IMG/VR virus record: IMGVR_UViG_3300042402_003577
Location: 1-64,000 of that record
Length of the DNA: 64,000 nt
Source: a virus
Strand: one strand, 5' to 3'
Shown here: piece by piece, positions 1-9,397 of the stretch
Position numbering within the stretch: position 1 is the first letter of the stretch
Layout: every line of letters begins with the position of its first letter
Made by a program: the position numbers and the translations under genes
The notes under the pieces: generated by a model
Seen by the model: the letters and a program-made list of their open reading frames with translations, nothing else
What the model was told of the DNA's origin: nothing
Database searches by the model: none

Positions 1-66
1 TATCTCAATGCAGATGAATTAAGTGGCCTAGCTTGTTCTGGGGGAGCATGTGAGATTAACTTTTAA
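1..66 (+). CDS. nrdJ: 3' end of a class II (adenosylcobalamin, RTPR-type) ribonucleotide reductase (partial)
   Basis: Frame 1 reads YLNADELSGLACSGGACEINF*. The C-terminal ACxGGxCEI redox cysteine pair is typical of monomeric class II RNRs, and thyX lies just downstream. Confidence 0.7.
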   Translation, partial: YLNADELSGLACSGGACEINF

Positions 67-77
67 TTATCTTATCT

Positions 78-116
78 AAAATAATCCTCACTACACTGTG
101 GGGATTATTTTTTTTT
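78..116 (+). terminator. Rho-independent terminator after the RNR gene
   Basis: Stem AAAATAATCCTCAC / GTGGGGATTATTTT followed by a T run. Confidence 0.8.
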
Positions 117-145
117 ATAGATTTAAAATAAAATATCTATCTTTG
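114..145 (+). promoter_or_regulatory. Bacteroidota-type promoter
   Basis: TATCTTTG at 138-145 fits the TAnnTTTG -7 consensus, about 22 bp before ATG 167. TTTAT lies at 114-118. Confidence 0.6.
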
Positions 146-166
146 CATTAAATATAAAAATTGTTT

Positions 167-583
167 ATGAAAATAACCCTATTGATCGTATCTGCTATTG
201 TTCTTTTAGCTTTACCCTCAAAAGAAGATTGCCCTTGTAACAGAATACATCACCCTCAAAGATTAGTCTTATTAGATTCATCTAAAACATTGCAAGGCAG
301 AGTTGAAAAAGTAGAATCAGATATTGATGGAGATGTTCATATTCAATTAAGAATTAAAGATACTTTTTTATTAGCTAAAAATAATTACAAAGATGAAAAT
401 GGTTGTATGGTGGGTGAAATTGTTTGTGCAGTTCCTTCAGTATTTCCAATTTGTTGGTTTTATAAAAATAAAATAACTATTCCTAAAGAAGGGGATAATG
501 TTGAAATAGAAGGCCCTTATGTTTTTGACAAAACACATGAGATAACAGAAATACACCCTATAATGAATTTAAAAATTAAATAA
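167..583 (+). CDS. Secreted or membrane-anchored protein, probably OB-fold-like
   Basis: Signal-like N-terminus MKITLLIVSAIVLLAL, with motifs DGDVHIQL, EIVC and GDNVEIEGPYVFD..H...EIHP. ATG 167 is preferred over TTG 161. Confidence 0.5.
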   Translation: MKITLLIVSAIVLLALPSKEDCPCNRIHHPQRLVLLDSSKTLQGRVEKVESDIDGDVHIQLRIKDTFLLAKNNYKDENGCMVGEIVCAVPSVFPICWFYKNKITIPKEGDNVEIEGPYVFDKTHEITEIHPIMNLKIK

Positions 584-588
584 AAAAT

Positions 589-1260
589 ATGAATAACACA
601 GTAGAATTATTAGGGTTTTATGGAGATGATACTGTACATGCACAATCAGCATGGACATCAACATCAAGAGATTTAACTGAAGATAAAATAAATAGAATAC
701 CTAAATTATTAAATATGTTGGCTTCGGAAGGGCATCACACACCTTTTGAAAAAAGTATGTTACATTTTTTAGTTACAGTAGACCAAGCAACTCACATTCA
801 TCTCTTAAAACATAGAATTGGGGTTAGTATTAATGGAGAATCAGCTCGTTATAAGGAGCTAAAAGAAAATAAGTATTATTTACCTGAAGATTGGAAAGGT
901 ATTGTTTTAAAAGAACAATTAGAATTAGGTGGTCCTGTAAATAAAATGATTGATTGGTATGAGAAATTAGATAATTTTACTTATGAAGCAAATCAATTAT
1001 ATCACCAATCATTAGAAGAACTTACACCTATTCTTGGTAGAAAAAGAGCTAAAGAGTCTGCAAGGTTCTTTAAAACAATAAATAGTCAAATAACTATGGA
1101 TGTATCTTTTAATTGGAGAAGTTTTTATCATTTTCAACAATTAAGAAATAGTGAACATAGTCAGAAAGAAGTGCGAGAATTAGCACAAGAAATGTTAGAA
1201 TTAGTAAAAAATATAGAGGGTAATCCTTTTGAACATACAATTAAAGCTTTTAAATTATAA
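589..1260 (+). CDS. thyX: FAD-dependent thymidylate synthase ThyX
   Basis: GHHTPFE, ThyX motif variant KHRIGVSINGESARY, ESARFF, NWRSFYHFQQLR..EHSQKEVR. Confidence 0.93.
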   Translation: MNNTVELLGFYGDDTVHAQSAWTSTSRDLTEDKINRIPKLLNMLASEGHHTPFEKSMLHFLVTVDQATHIHLLKHRIGVSINGESARYKELKENKYYLPEDWKGIVLKEQLELGGPVNKMIDWYEKLDNFTYEANQLYHQSLEELTPILGRKRAKESARFFKTINSQITMDVSFNWRSFYHFQQLRNSEHSQKEVRELAQEMLELVKNIEGNPFEHTIKAFKL

Positions 1261-1264
1261 AAAT

Positions 1265-1609
1265 ATGACATCACAAAAACAATTAGAAATTCTAGAAAAA
1301 TTAGACGCTAAAACTTTAAATATCATTAAGTTAAAAGCAAATGACTATGCATCAGAAGACGTACTCTCTAACTTTAAAATAGTGAGTAATGTTGTTAAAA
1401 CAATAGGTATAGATATTTCAGCACCAGAAGGTTACGCTACACTAATGGTAATATTAAAGTTTGTAAGAATTTGGAATTTGAAAACAGAAGGAAAAGATAT
1501 TATGAATGAATCTCTCCTTGATTCTTATGAAGATGCAATAAACTATCTTAAATTAGCCTATTGCTGTGAAATAGAAAATAATGACAATAAATTTATTAAA
1601 GCCAATTAA
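1265..1609 (+). CDS. Nucleotide-modification-associated domain 1 (Nmad1/DUF1599-like) all-alpha pyrophosphatase-type protein
   Basis: KANDYA..D.LSNF ... KFVRIWNL ... NESLLDSYEDAINY pattern. ATG at 1265 follows the thyX stop. Confidence 0.65.
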   Translation: MTSQKQLEILEKLDAKTLNIIKLKANDYASEDVLSNFKIVSNVVKTIGIDISAPEGYATLMVILKFVRIWNLKTEGKDIMNESLLDSYEDAINYLKLAYCCEIENNDNKFIKAN

Positions 1610-1611
1610 TT

Positions 1612-2247
1612 ATGTCCCAACTCAACGCAAACACTCCTTACATAGAATGTAAGATAAGAAAAGAATTTATAGGACTAGAAGAAGATCTGTCAGGATTTAT
1701 CTTTGGGGTGAAGTCTGTTATCAACTATCCTATGTTATTTCATTTCCAGTCTAAAATAGGGGCTATTATGTGGAATATGCCTATATCTGCTTTTCAGCAC
1801 ATTGATGACTATGATGTACTTTCTGATAAAGAGCAAAAAAGACTCTCTTTATTGGAGAGTTGGGATTGCCAATCTAATGCTATATCAGTCACTTGTTTTA
1901 AGTTTTTGCAACATAAAAGAGTGGATGTATTTTGCAGAGATGGAAAATGGAGAAGTGGTATCTATCATTTTACAATAGATGATTATGAGACTGATCCTAA
2001 TAGTGTTAATGTAGGGTATGCGGAAGATTTAGATAGCAAATGCTTTCATTTTATCGAACTAGATTGTGGTAACTTTTGTATCCAACCTAATAATTTACTA
2101 AGATGGCACAATGCAGACTTTATTAAGCCTTATGATAAAGAATCCCCACCTAAGATTAAAATTAATAATCCAAGAATGTCTAGTGAGGATGTGGATATGA
2201 CTTATGCAAATAGTCCTTATTATATTTATAGACCAGAAAATATTTAA
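1612..2247 (+). CDS. Conserved phage hypothetical protein
   Basis: 211-aa ORF tightly coupled in the operon; LNANTPY..C.IRKEF N-terminus and GNFCIQPNN motif. Confidence 0.6.
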   Translation: MSQLNANTPYIECKIRKEFIGLEEDLSGFIFGVKSVINYPMLFHFQSKIGAIMWNMPISAFQHIDDYDVLSDKEQKRLSLLESWDCQSNAISVTCFKFLQHKRVDVFCRDGKWRSGIYHFTIDDYETDPNSVNVGYAEDLDSKCFHFIELDCGNFCIQPNNLLRWHNADFIKPYDKESPPKIKINNPRMSSEDVDMTYANSPYYIYRPENI

Positions 2248-2251
2248 AATT

Positions 2252-2473
2252 ATGAAACAAGATTGGGTACAAGAGCTAGAGGCTCAAAGAATTTTTAAAG
2301 AAAAAACTAAGTTACAAGCTGACGAATTTTATTGGTCTGATGGTAAGCTAGTATTTACTGAACAATACCACCTTCGCAGGGGCAGATGCTGCAACAATTT
2401 ATGCAAACATTGCCCTTTCAATGATATATCTGAAGGAGATGAATATAGAGAAAGAAACTTTGATGAAGATTAA
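2252..2473 (+). CDS. DUF5522-like small Cys-rich protein
   Basis: FYWSDGKLVFTEQYHLRRGRCCNNLCKHCPF. ATG 2252 is preferred over the overlapping start at 2204. Confidence 0.7.
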   Translation: MKQDWVQELEAQRIFKEKTKLQADEFYWSDGKLVFTEQYHLRRGRCCNNLCKHCPFNDISEGDEYRERNFDED

Positions 2474-2514
2474 ATTTATATATATGGAAATTATAATAGA
2501 AGATGTATTAGGTT

Positions 2515-2555
2515 AAAAATAAAAGCCTCTCTTAACGGAGAGGCTTTTATTATTT
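2515..2555. terminator. Bidirectional Rho-independent terminator between the convergent modules
   Basis: ATAAAAGCCTCTC-TTAACG-GAGAGGCTTTTAT perfect stem with A/T tracts on both sides. Confidence 0.9.
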
Positions 2556-5500
2556 ACTCCTCTTCAGGAGGATTTATTTCGTTTTCCAGGTTTCTACCAT
2601 AAGCTTTGTAGTATCCATTTCTCAACTTGTAAATCATATTTTCAAGTTCATTTGTAGGAATATCTAGATATTTTTCTTGTCTTAATTCACTACTTTGCAT
2701 AGCATCTCTAAGTCTATTTCCTATTAAGAAGTCTTTTAAGAATTCTTCACCTACATTAACTTCCCTCGTAACATATCCTTTTTTGTTATAGAAGTATCTT
2801 GTTTTCATCAAAGGAATTTCTCCTCCTGTTACATCCATTAATTTTGTTTCTGTTTCTTCTGAAAATGGCAAGATACCTGTTAATTTATATAAACCAACTG
2901 ATCCAGACCAATAGAGATTTTTAGCTAAATCATCCACGGTACCTGCAACAGGTGAAATTTTTCTATAATCAAAAGTAAGTATGCCTTCATTGGCTTTTCT
3001 ACCCATTGGATCAGTGTTCCAAGAGAACCCAAGTCTACCTTCTGAAAAAGGAACCCAAGTTCTGAAAATCTCACTTGATACTACTTCAGATACTGAGGCA
3101 ATATATGTAGCAACTTCTTCCTCCTCTAAAGGCGGGTAGGCAAATTTCAATGCAGCCTTTAAAAGAAGAAACATAGTTAAAATGCTCGCCACTTTTTTAT
3201 AGTTATTTGCTTCGTATTGATTCAATCTCTGTTGCTTGTTGGCTTCTACCAATAATTCTTTAAAGATTTCTTCTTTAGTTTTACCTTTAAACCCTGCATA
3301 ATAAGCTGGGCCTTCTTTTCTTTCTCCTCCTTGAGCTACAATTGCATCTTGTTCTTCTGCAAATTTTATTGCTTTTTCTTGTGAGTCTGCCGCTTCTAAT
3401 AAAGATTTTGTAACTATATTTTTATTTTTTGACAAATATAAAAATACATTTGACAATATTCCCAAATCTTCTAACAATCCTTTTGTTTTAATATTATTTA
3501 TTCTCATAATATTATTGACACTGTCAGGAGATAGTTTAGCTTTAAATCTATTACCAACCCCTCTTCCTAACGCTTTAGCCAAGGTAATTACAAATCCTTC
3601 TTCGCTTCCTTCTAAATTCGGATCATTTTTCTTTCTTCCAAATGCTGTGTATACTCCTGGTAATACATAATGCTGATACATAAATAAAGCTGTACCGATG
3701 GCAGTAGTGGCTACTCTAGGTTTTAACAGTATATTATAAACCCCTTGAGATCTTTGTCTAAAATAATCTATGTTTTGTAGTAGTGTTCTGTTAAGGTATA
3801 AATCTATTTCTAAAGGAACCAAAGCCTCTTTCTGTAGATTTTTTGGTACAATTGCTCTTAAATTAATGTCTTTTGCATACCCAGGTTCTAGTTGTAGATC
3901 TTCTGCGTTTTGTATTTCATTGATATTGTTGAAATATATTTTCTTAGCAACCTTATCATCAAATGAAAGCCTTCCATCTTTTATGGTTAGATGCTTAATA
4001 ATATCAATTTTTTTACCATTTTCATCTATTAGTTTTGTATCTCTTAAAAATTTATATACAAGAACACTACTAATAAAAGATTCTCCCAACTCACTGACTA
4101 TTTGTCCGTTATTCAGCCTTAGTTTTTGAACCAATGAAGAATCAGAATAATCAAAGTCAACAATACCCCCAAAACTACTTGATCTCAAATGTTTTTTAAT
4201 CATTTGAATTTTGTTTTGCTCTAGGGCTACTCTTGAATTTTTTCCTCTGGATAAAAACATCATATTAAGAGAGTAGACTGTGGCATCTTTTATAGCTGGC
4301 ATAGTAGCTAATAGGCCTCCGTTTGCTGAAATCATACTAATACCTGTAAGAATATTCTTTACACCTGTATTAAGATTTCCTGTCAATTGGTTGAATCCTG
4401 TTTGAGCGGCCAGCACTCTCATAAATTTCATTGCAAATGAGTTTGGATAGATTTTATTATACCAATATCTATCAATGTAAATAGCCTCTAAATAATTATC
4501 ACCAATACTATTTCCTTTATTATCTTCTCTCTTTCTGTATAAATCATTCATAGCTCTTATAGAGCCTTCATACATAGATTTATTCTCATACTCTTTAGTA
4601 GCGTATATAAAAGATTTAAAATTATCTAAATATTGATTAGAACGCAAAGCAGGTTCAATATACTCAGTATATTTTTGAGGAATAACATCTATTTTATTTT
4701 TCTTATTAGCTTGTTTTTCATCTACCGCAGAAAAAATATTAAAAAACATTTTTTTCAACCACATTTCTATTTTATTAGTAGGCAAAGAATTTTCAGTACC
4801 AGTGCTAATAATATTGTCATCTTTGTTAATTTCAAACTGCAAAGCTGTACTATAAACTCCTAGTGACTTAGCTAAAGCAACTGCCATTTTCTTCAACCCT
4901 TTACTATCGGTTATTCTACCATAAGTATCTCCATATATAGACATAAATTTAACCGCTTGGTTTGATATTCTATTGTAGAAAAAATATGAGAAAACCATGG
5001 AAGATACCCCTAAAGTCAAAGGACTTACCAACCCTGCCCCTATTCCAAATAGCATTGGAGTATTTGCTACTCCTGCAAAAGGTATTACTACTTGAGTAAT
5101 AATTTTGGCAACATCAAAGTTTCTACCAAAAATATTTATAAATCTTTTGTCACCAAACATTTGTAAATACTCAGAATCTTTTTTAGCTCCTTTAGGTAAG
5201 AAATTAGAAGGGAGGTTATTTTGTTTATTCCATGTTTTAAGGTAGTTAACCATATCCATTTTAGCCACAGCTAAAGCATCTCCTTTTTTAGCTTTATCTT
5301 CTAGGTCTAAGTATTCTTTGTTGGTGTATTCTTTAGCGTCAGGGTGAGAATCTGATAATTCAAACAAAAATTCATCTCCCCATACATCTATATTTATCTT
5401 GTCAGGATAAAAATTTCCCTCAGTATCCGTAGCATACCCTATTTTATACTTATATTTATTTAAAAGTCCTTCTACAAAATCAAGTTCACTTTTAAATACA

Positions 5501-8500
5501 GGGTTTAATTTTGGATTTCCCTCTTTATCTAAATCAGGGGTTCCGTCTGGCTTTAAAAGAACTCTTTTGTTACTATCTACAGTAAAATATTTCTCCTCTA
5601 ATAGAGTTCTTTTTTGTGCTATTAATTCGTCTAAAGCAAACTCTAAATCTCCTAAATCATTAGAAATAAGCTCTATCTCATCGTTTGTCCAATCAAAGTT
5701 TTTATCATTTAAAGCTTCTCTAATATTTTCGATATTTCTATCAATAAAATTTTTCAACGCATCTAAACTATTATCACTTAGAGCAATGGAGCTATAATTT
5801 GGAGTGCTATGCTCTAAATCATATAGAGCTTTTTCAGCCATTAAATAATTCTTTGCATAATCAAATTCTTCTTGAGTTATTTTTTTGTTCTTCAACAATT
5901 CCCCTAAAGAATCAAATACTTGTTTAGGAGAATTAAATGCTACTTGCTGTAAACCTTGAATTTGGGCATTGTTAGCAAAAGGTAGGTTGCGCAATTTATC
6001 TTTTAGATTTTTTGCGGCTAGTCCCGAATATTTAGAGAAATTTAACTTAGTTATTAGATTGCCTGTAGATCTTCCTTTATCGTCTTTTTCGGAAAGCCAT
6101 TCTTGGCTTTGAGCATTAGCTCCATTTTGATATAATCTATTTTCAATTTTTTGAACTTCAGCAACTTCTTTGGAAGCACGTTCTTTTCCCATTTGCTCCA
6201 TGGCCCATACAAATCTGTCTACACTTTGTATAAATGTATCATTTTGCATGGTTACAGGAGTGATACCTTTACTAAAGAAATTTCTTATATTATTAAGCAT
6301 TCCTTTAGAATATTCTATTATATTGTTATTCTTGTCTGCAATAGTTTTTGCATCTGTATTAGCAAAATAAACTTCATTTTGATAATTTAAAAATCTTTTT
6401 TGATCTTCTGTGCTCAAAGCAGACATATAAATGTCTAAAATTTGTTTTACGTTTTCAAGGTAGATGCTTTCTATCTTTGTCATCATAGCCTGAACTCCAT
6501 CAGCATTCAATAAATCGAAAGCTTTTATAATCTCATCATTCTCTGTTATTGAAGGGTCTAATGCATATATTATATCTTTGAACTCTTTAAGATCCTTAGT
6601 ATCTAACTTCATTAGTTTAGAAGTACTTTCTATTGATTTTGAAAGAGCGTATAAAGACTGTAAATAATTTACATAGCTGGCCAATTTTGACAAAGATTTG
6701 TTGTAATCATCATAACTTAGCTTGATTAGATTTTCTCTATTAAATTCTACTGCTAATTCTTTAGGTATATTTAATTTCTTAAATTGTTCAAAGGCCCCTG
6801 TCAAACGTCTAATAGTACTCACTGATGCAAAAACCATATTAGATAGTATCTTTGATTTATCTGCATCTTGCTCATTCTTTTTAGCCAATATACTTAATAA
6901 GTAACTAGAAGAGTCTACTGCTTTTATCTGATTTGACTCTACCGCTTGTTGTCTAATATTAGTAAGAGTATTTTCTAAGTTTTCTATAATAAGGTCTGCG
7001 CCTAATTCAAATTTTTTAGATCGGTCTGCTAAAACAGTTCCGCTTTCATTTCCTGTAATTTCGAAATTTAATTGGTATAGCTCATCATAATTTATATTAG
7101 CAGCATCTAATCCTTCTGCTAAATTTTCACTGAAAAACATTTTTTTCAATTGATTTAAGGAATTTAAGTATTCCATTTTATCATCTGAAAATAATGATGC
7201 AATATAGTTTATAATTCTTTTTACTGAAGATTTAACTGATAATGGTACAGTTTCTTCTTTATCTTGTAAAGAATTCTTTAACACTTTACCCATTATCTCT
7301 TCCTCTGTCTTATCTACATCTCCGTCATACTGGGCAAGATACTTGTCATAAAACAATTCATATTCTCTTGTTCTTGAGATGTATTGCTTTAAGTTTTGGT
7401 AAAGCTCCCCATCTTTAGGCAACATCGCTATAATAAAGTGAGCCACCTCTTCCGTTAGAGCATCTGTATTTCCTTCAGAAACATAGATAACTTTTTCAAA
7501 CAAATTAGCTACACCATTAGCGGGTATAAATTTACCTGTCTTTTCAAAGTATTGTTTTTGAAAATCTTCAATATTGGCAATTGTTATTCCAAATTTTTCC
7601 GCAAATCTAAGCAATAATTCTTCTAGATTCTTTTCTCTAAAAGAAACAAAAGCTTTAGAGGTAGGATCTGACATAACTTTCTCATACTGAGAAGGACTGT
7701 CAAACATATCAAACTTAGCTCTATAAACAGCTAAATTTAATTCTTCATCAGGTGTTAAATCTGTTCTATCTTTTAAGTTAGTATATTCTTCCCACTGTTG
7801 AGGGATAGATTTAGTTGGCTCAGGTGCCAAAGGTTCTACTCTCTCAGGGTGTGTCTCTGGAGTTGTAGGAGTGTATGCAGGTTCTTCAAAATCTGATAAT
7901 GTTACAAAAGAATCTGGGAGATCTTCTGAAGATTTAAATTCTTCTATCTCACCAGTTGGTTGAATAAATGGCGTGATAACTTCTGGTTCTACTACACTAG
8001 AAAATCTTTTAGCAATATCCTTAAATTCCTGTGAACTGTATTTTTTTGGATTTTTACCGTCTGAACCAGTCTTTACATTTTCCTTTGTATCTAAATCAAA
8101 TAAACTCTCCTGACCAGACTCTTCCCCAAAGGCTATTGCTTCTTCCCTCATATCTCTAGGAGCAATCACATTTAAATCTATAGAAGCATCTTCCCCGTTA
8201 GAGAACTTGTATATTCCAACCTTAACCGCATTGCCTCCTAATTTATCTTGGTTTGCTTCAACAAAGTCTGCTATTCTTTCTGGAGTCAGGTCCGATACCT
8301 TTAAATTCTCACTGATGACAGGTATAACTAATCCTCCTTTATCGTAAATAGTACCATCCAAATTAAATGTCTGGCCATCTCCGTCTTCTTTTGGCTCGGA
8401 AGCCTTTATCCTATCAACTTCTGTTTGGGTATTTTGGATTATAGACATTCTATCTACAATTGCTTCTCCAAATTCCTCTACCCCAGTCATCAGATCTTCT

Positions 8501-8781
8501 TCTGTAACTAAAGGAAGAACATCTACACTTACTTTATTTTCTAAGGCCTTTACTACTTCGGCACCAAGATCTGAATTTAGCTTAGAAACAAATTCATTCT
8601 GAGAAACCCTCTTTTTAGTCCCCTCCTTATTAAATACAAAATTGCCCGCTTTTCTTGAAAATAGGGTTGAATTAGAAATATCTTCAAATACCTTTAAGCC
8701 AATAGCATTTAGCTTATCCGCTAATCCAGGGTTACTTTCTCTAAATCTTTTTTCTACATTAGGTAATGAGCAACTAGCCAT
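2554..8781 (-). CDS. Giant putative internal virion/ejection (cargo) protein, 2075 aa
   Basis: Last gene of the structural module. It has a zincin-like TEEVAH...EEEIMGK segment (~7280-7455), hydrophobic helices (e.g. LFGIGAGLVSPLTLGVSSMVFSYFFY) and an N-terminal alpha/beta domain. Confidence 0.7.
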   Translation of the reverse strand: MASCSLPNVEKRFRESNPGLADKLNAIGLKVFEDISNSTLFSRKAGNFVFNKEGTKKRVSQNEFVSKLNSDLGAEVVKALENKVSVDVLPLVTEEDLMTGVEEFGEAIVDRMSIIQNTQTEVDRIKASEPKEDGDGQTFNLDGTIYDKGGLVIPVISENLKVSDLTPERIADFVEANQDKLGGNAVKVGIYKFSNGEDASIDLNVIAPRDMREEAIAFGEESGQESLFDLDTKENVKTGSDGKNPKKYSSQEFKDIAKRFSSVVEPEVITPFIQPTGEIEEFKSSEDLPDSFVTLSDFEEPAYTPTTPETHPERVEPLAPEPTKSIPQQWEEYTNLKDRTDLTPDEELNLAVYRAKFDMFDSPSQYEKVMSDPTSKAFVSFREKNLEELLLRFAEKFGITIANIEDFQKQYFEKTGKFIPANGVANLFEKVIYVSEGNTDALTEEVAHFIIAMLPKDGELYQNLKQYISRTREYELFYDKYLAQYDGDVDKTEEEIMGKVLKNSLQDKEETVPLSVKSSVKRIINYIASLFSDDKMEYLNSLNQLKKMFFSENLAEGLDAANINYDELYQLNFEITGNESGTVLADRSKKFELGADLIIENLENTLTNIRQQAVESNQIKAVDSSSYLLSILAKKNEQDADKSKILSNMVFASVSTIRRLTGAFEQFKKLNIPKELAVEFNRENLIKLSYDDYNKSLSKLASYVNYLQSLYALSKSIESTSKLMKLDTKDLKEFKDIIYALDPSITENDEIIKAFDLLNADGVQAMMTKIESIYLENVKQILDIYMSALSTEDQKRFLNYQNEVYFANTDAKTIADKNNNIIEYSKGMLNNIRNFFSKGITPVTMQNDTFIQSVDRFVWAMEQMGKERASKEVAEVQKIENRLYQNGANAQSQEWLSEKDDKGRSTGNLITKLNFSKYSGLAAKNLKDKLRNLPFANNAQIQGLQQVAFNSPKQVFDSLGELLKNKKITQEEFDYAKNYLMAEKALYDLEHSTPNYSSIALSDNSLDALKNFIDRNIENIREALNDKNFDWTNDEIELISNDLGDLEFALDELIAQKRTLLEEKYFTVDSNKRVLLKPDGTPDLDKEGNPKLNPVFKSELDFVEGLLNKYKYKIGYATDTEGNFYPDKINIDVWGDEFLFELSDSHPDAKEYTNKEYLDLEDKAKKGDALAVAKMDMVNYLKTWNKQNNLPSNFLPKGAKKDSEYLQMFGDKRFINIFGRNFDVAKIITQVVIPFAGVANTPMLFGIGAGLVSPLTLGVSSMVFSYFFYNRISNQAVKFMSIYGDTYGRITDSKGLKKMAVALAKSLGVYSTALQFEINKDDNIISTGTENSLPTNKIEMWLKKMFFNIFSAVDEKQANKKNKIDVIPQKYTEYIEPALRSNQYLDNFKSFIYATKEYENKSMYEGSIRAMNDLYRKREDNKGNSIGDNYLEAIYIDRYWYNKIYPNSFAMKFMRVLAAQTGFNQLTGNLNTGVKNILTGISMISANGGLLATMPAIKDATVYSLNMMFLSRGKNSRVALEQNKIQMIKKHLRSSSFGGIVDFDYSDSSLVQKLRLNNGQIVSELGESFISSVLVYKFLRDTKLIDENGKKIDIIKHLTIKDGRLSFDDKVAKKIYFNNINEIQNAEDLQLEPGYAKDINLRAIVPKNLQKEALVPLEIDLYLNRTLLQNIDYFRQRSQGVYNILLKPRVATTAIGTALFMYQHYVLPGVYTAFGRKKNDPNLEGSEEGFVITLAKALGRGVGNRFKAKLSPDSVNNIMRINNIKTKGLLEDLGILSNVFLYLSKNKNIVTKSLLEAADSQEKAIKFAEEQDAIVAQGGERKEGPAYYAGFKGKTKEEIFKELLVEANKQQRLNQYEANNYKKVASILTMFLLLKAALKFAYPPLEEEEVATYIASVSEVVSSEIFRTWVPFSEGRLGFSWNTDPMGRKANEGILTFDYRKISPVAGTVDDLAKNLYWSGSVGLYKLTGILPFSEETETKLMDVTGGEIPLMKTRYFYNKKGYVTREVNVGEEFLKDFLIGNRLRDAMQSSELRQEKYLDIPTNELENMIYKLRNGYYKAYGRNLENEINPPEEE

Positions 8782-8798
8782 ATATTATACATTGTTTA

Positions 8799-8836
8799 TA
8801 AAAAAATGTTTCCCTACCAAAAGGCTGGGAAACAAT
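8799..8836 (-). terminator. Rho-independent terminator after the ferritin gene
   Basis: Minus strand TGTTTCCC-loop-GGGAAACA followed by a T run. Confidence 0.65.
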
Positions 8837-8856
8837 ACAAAAGTAAGAAATAATTT

Positions 8857-9351
8857 TTAATTTCCCTTATTTAACATATCCCCAATGTAATGGTCTACAA
8901 TGAGTAAGTCTGAGGAAAGTTTCAATACGTCTAATATGTTGTTAATCTCGTCAATTTCATGCACTTGTTCTGCATTAAATTTTTGAGCCAGTGTGAGTAG
9001 GTTGTAATCAGGTTCATCCATAGCATGTTTTGTTAGCTCAAGACACTGCTTTGTTGTTAAAACTTCTTGCTCGTAAACCTTATCAAAAATATCCTGTAAA
9101 GAAGAGAAAGTATTAACAGGTTCTTCTATTGTTGCTAACTCAGGCATAATATCAAAAGAAAGAAGATATTCTTTAGCCCAACCAGCGTGTTCCAATTCTG
9201 AAAGATAATTGTGCTTCATAAATTCTGCTGAGTTTATTAATGATTTGTCTGTTAGCCACAAATACATTTGCTCATACAATTTAGAAGCTGTTTGTTCTTG
9301 TTGTATTCTCAAGTTTAAGATGTCTATTGTTTTTTGAGATATTAATTCCAT
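8857..9351 (-). CDS. Ferritin (non-haem FtnA-like)
   Basis: 164 aa with ferroxidase-like pattern LNLRIQQE..AS.LY, ELEHA, EQE..TT, EQVHE. Confidence 0.85.
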   Translation of the reverse strand: MELISQKTIDILNLRIQQEQTASKLYEQMYLWLTDKSLINSAEFMKHNYLSELEHAGWAKEYLLSFDIMPELATIEEPVNTFSSLQDIFDKVYEQEVLTTKQCLELTKHAMDEPDYNLLTLAQKFNAEQVHEIDEINNILDVLKLSSDLLIVDHYIGDMLNKGN

Positions 9352-9397
9352 TTTTATTTATTTTTATTTTATAACAATTATTTTGGTTATTTAGTTC

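Noticed and set aside
2484-2516. 10-codon ORF MEIIIEDVLG before the bidirectional terminator
   Set aside because: Too short to distinguish from chance.
7309-7327. DGDVDK in the 2075-aa protein as an RNA polymerase DxDxD catalytic motif
   Set aside because: It lies within the helical zincin-like segment (EEVAH...EEEIMGK) with no double-psi beta-barrel context, so it is probably a chance match.
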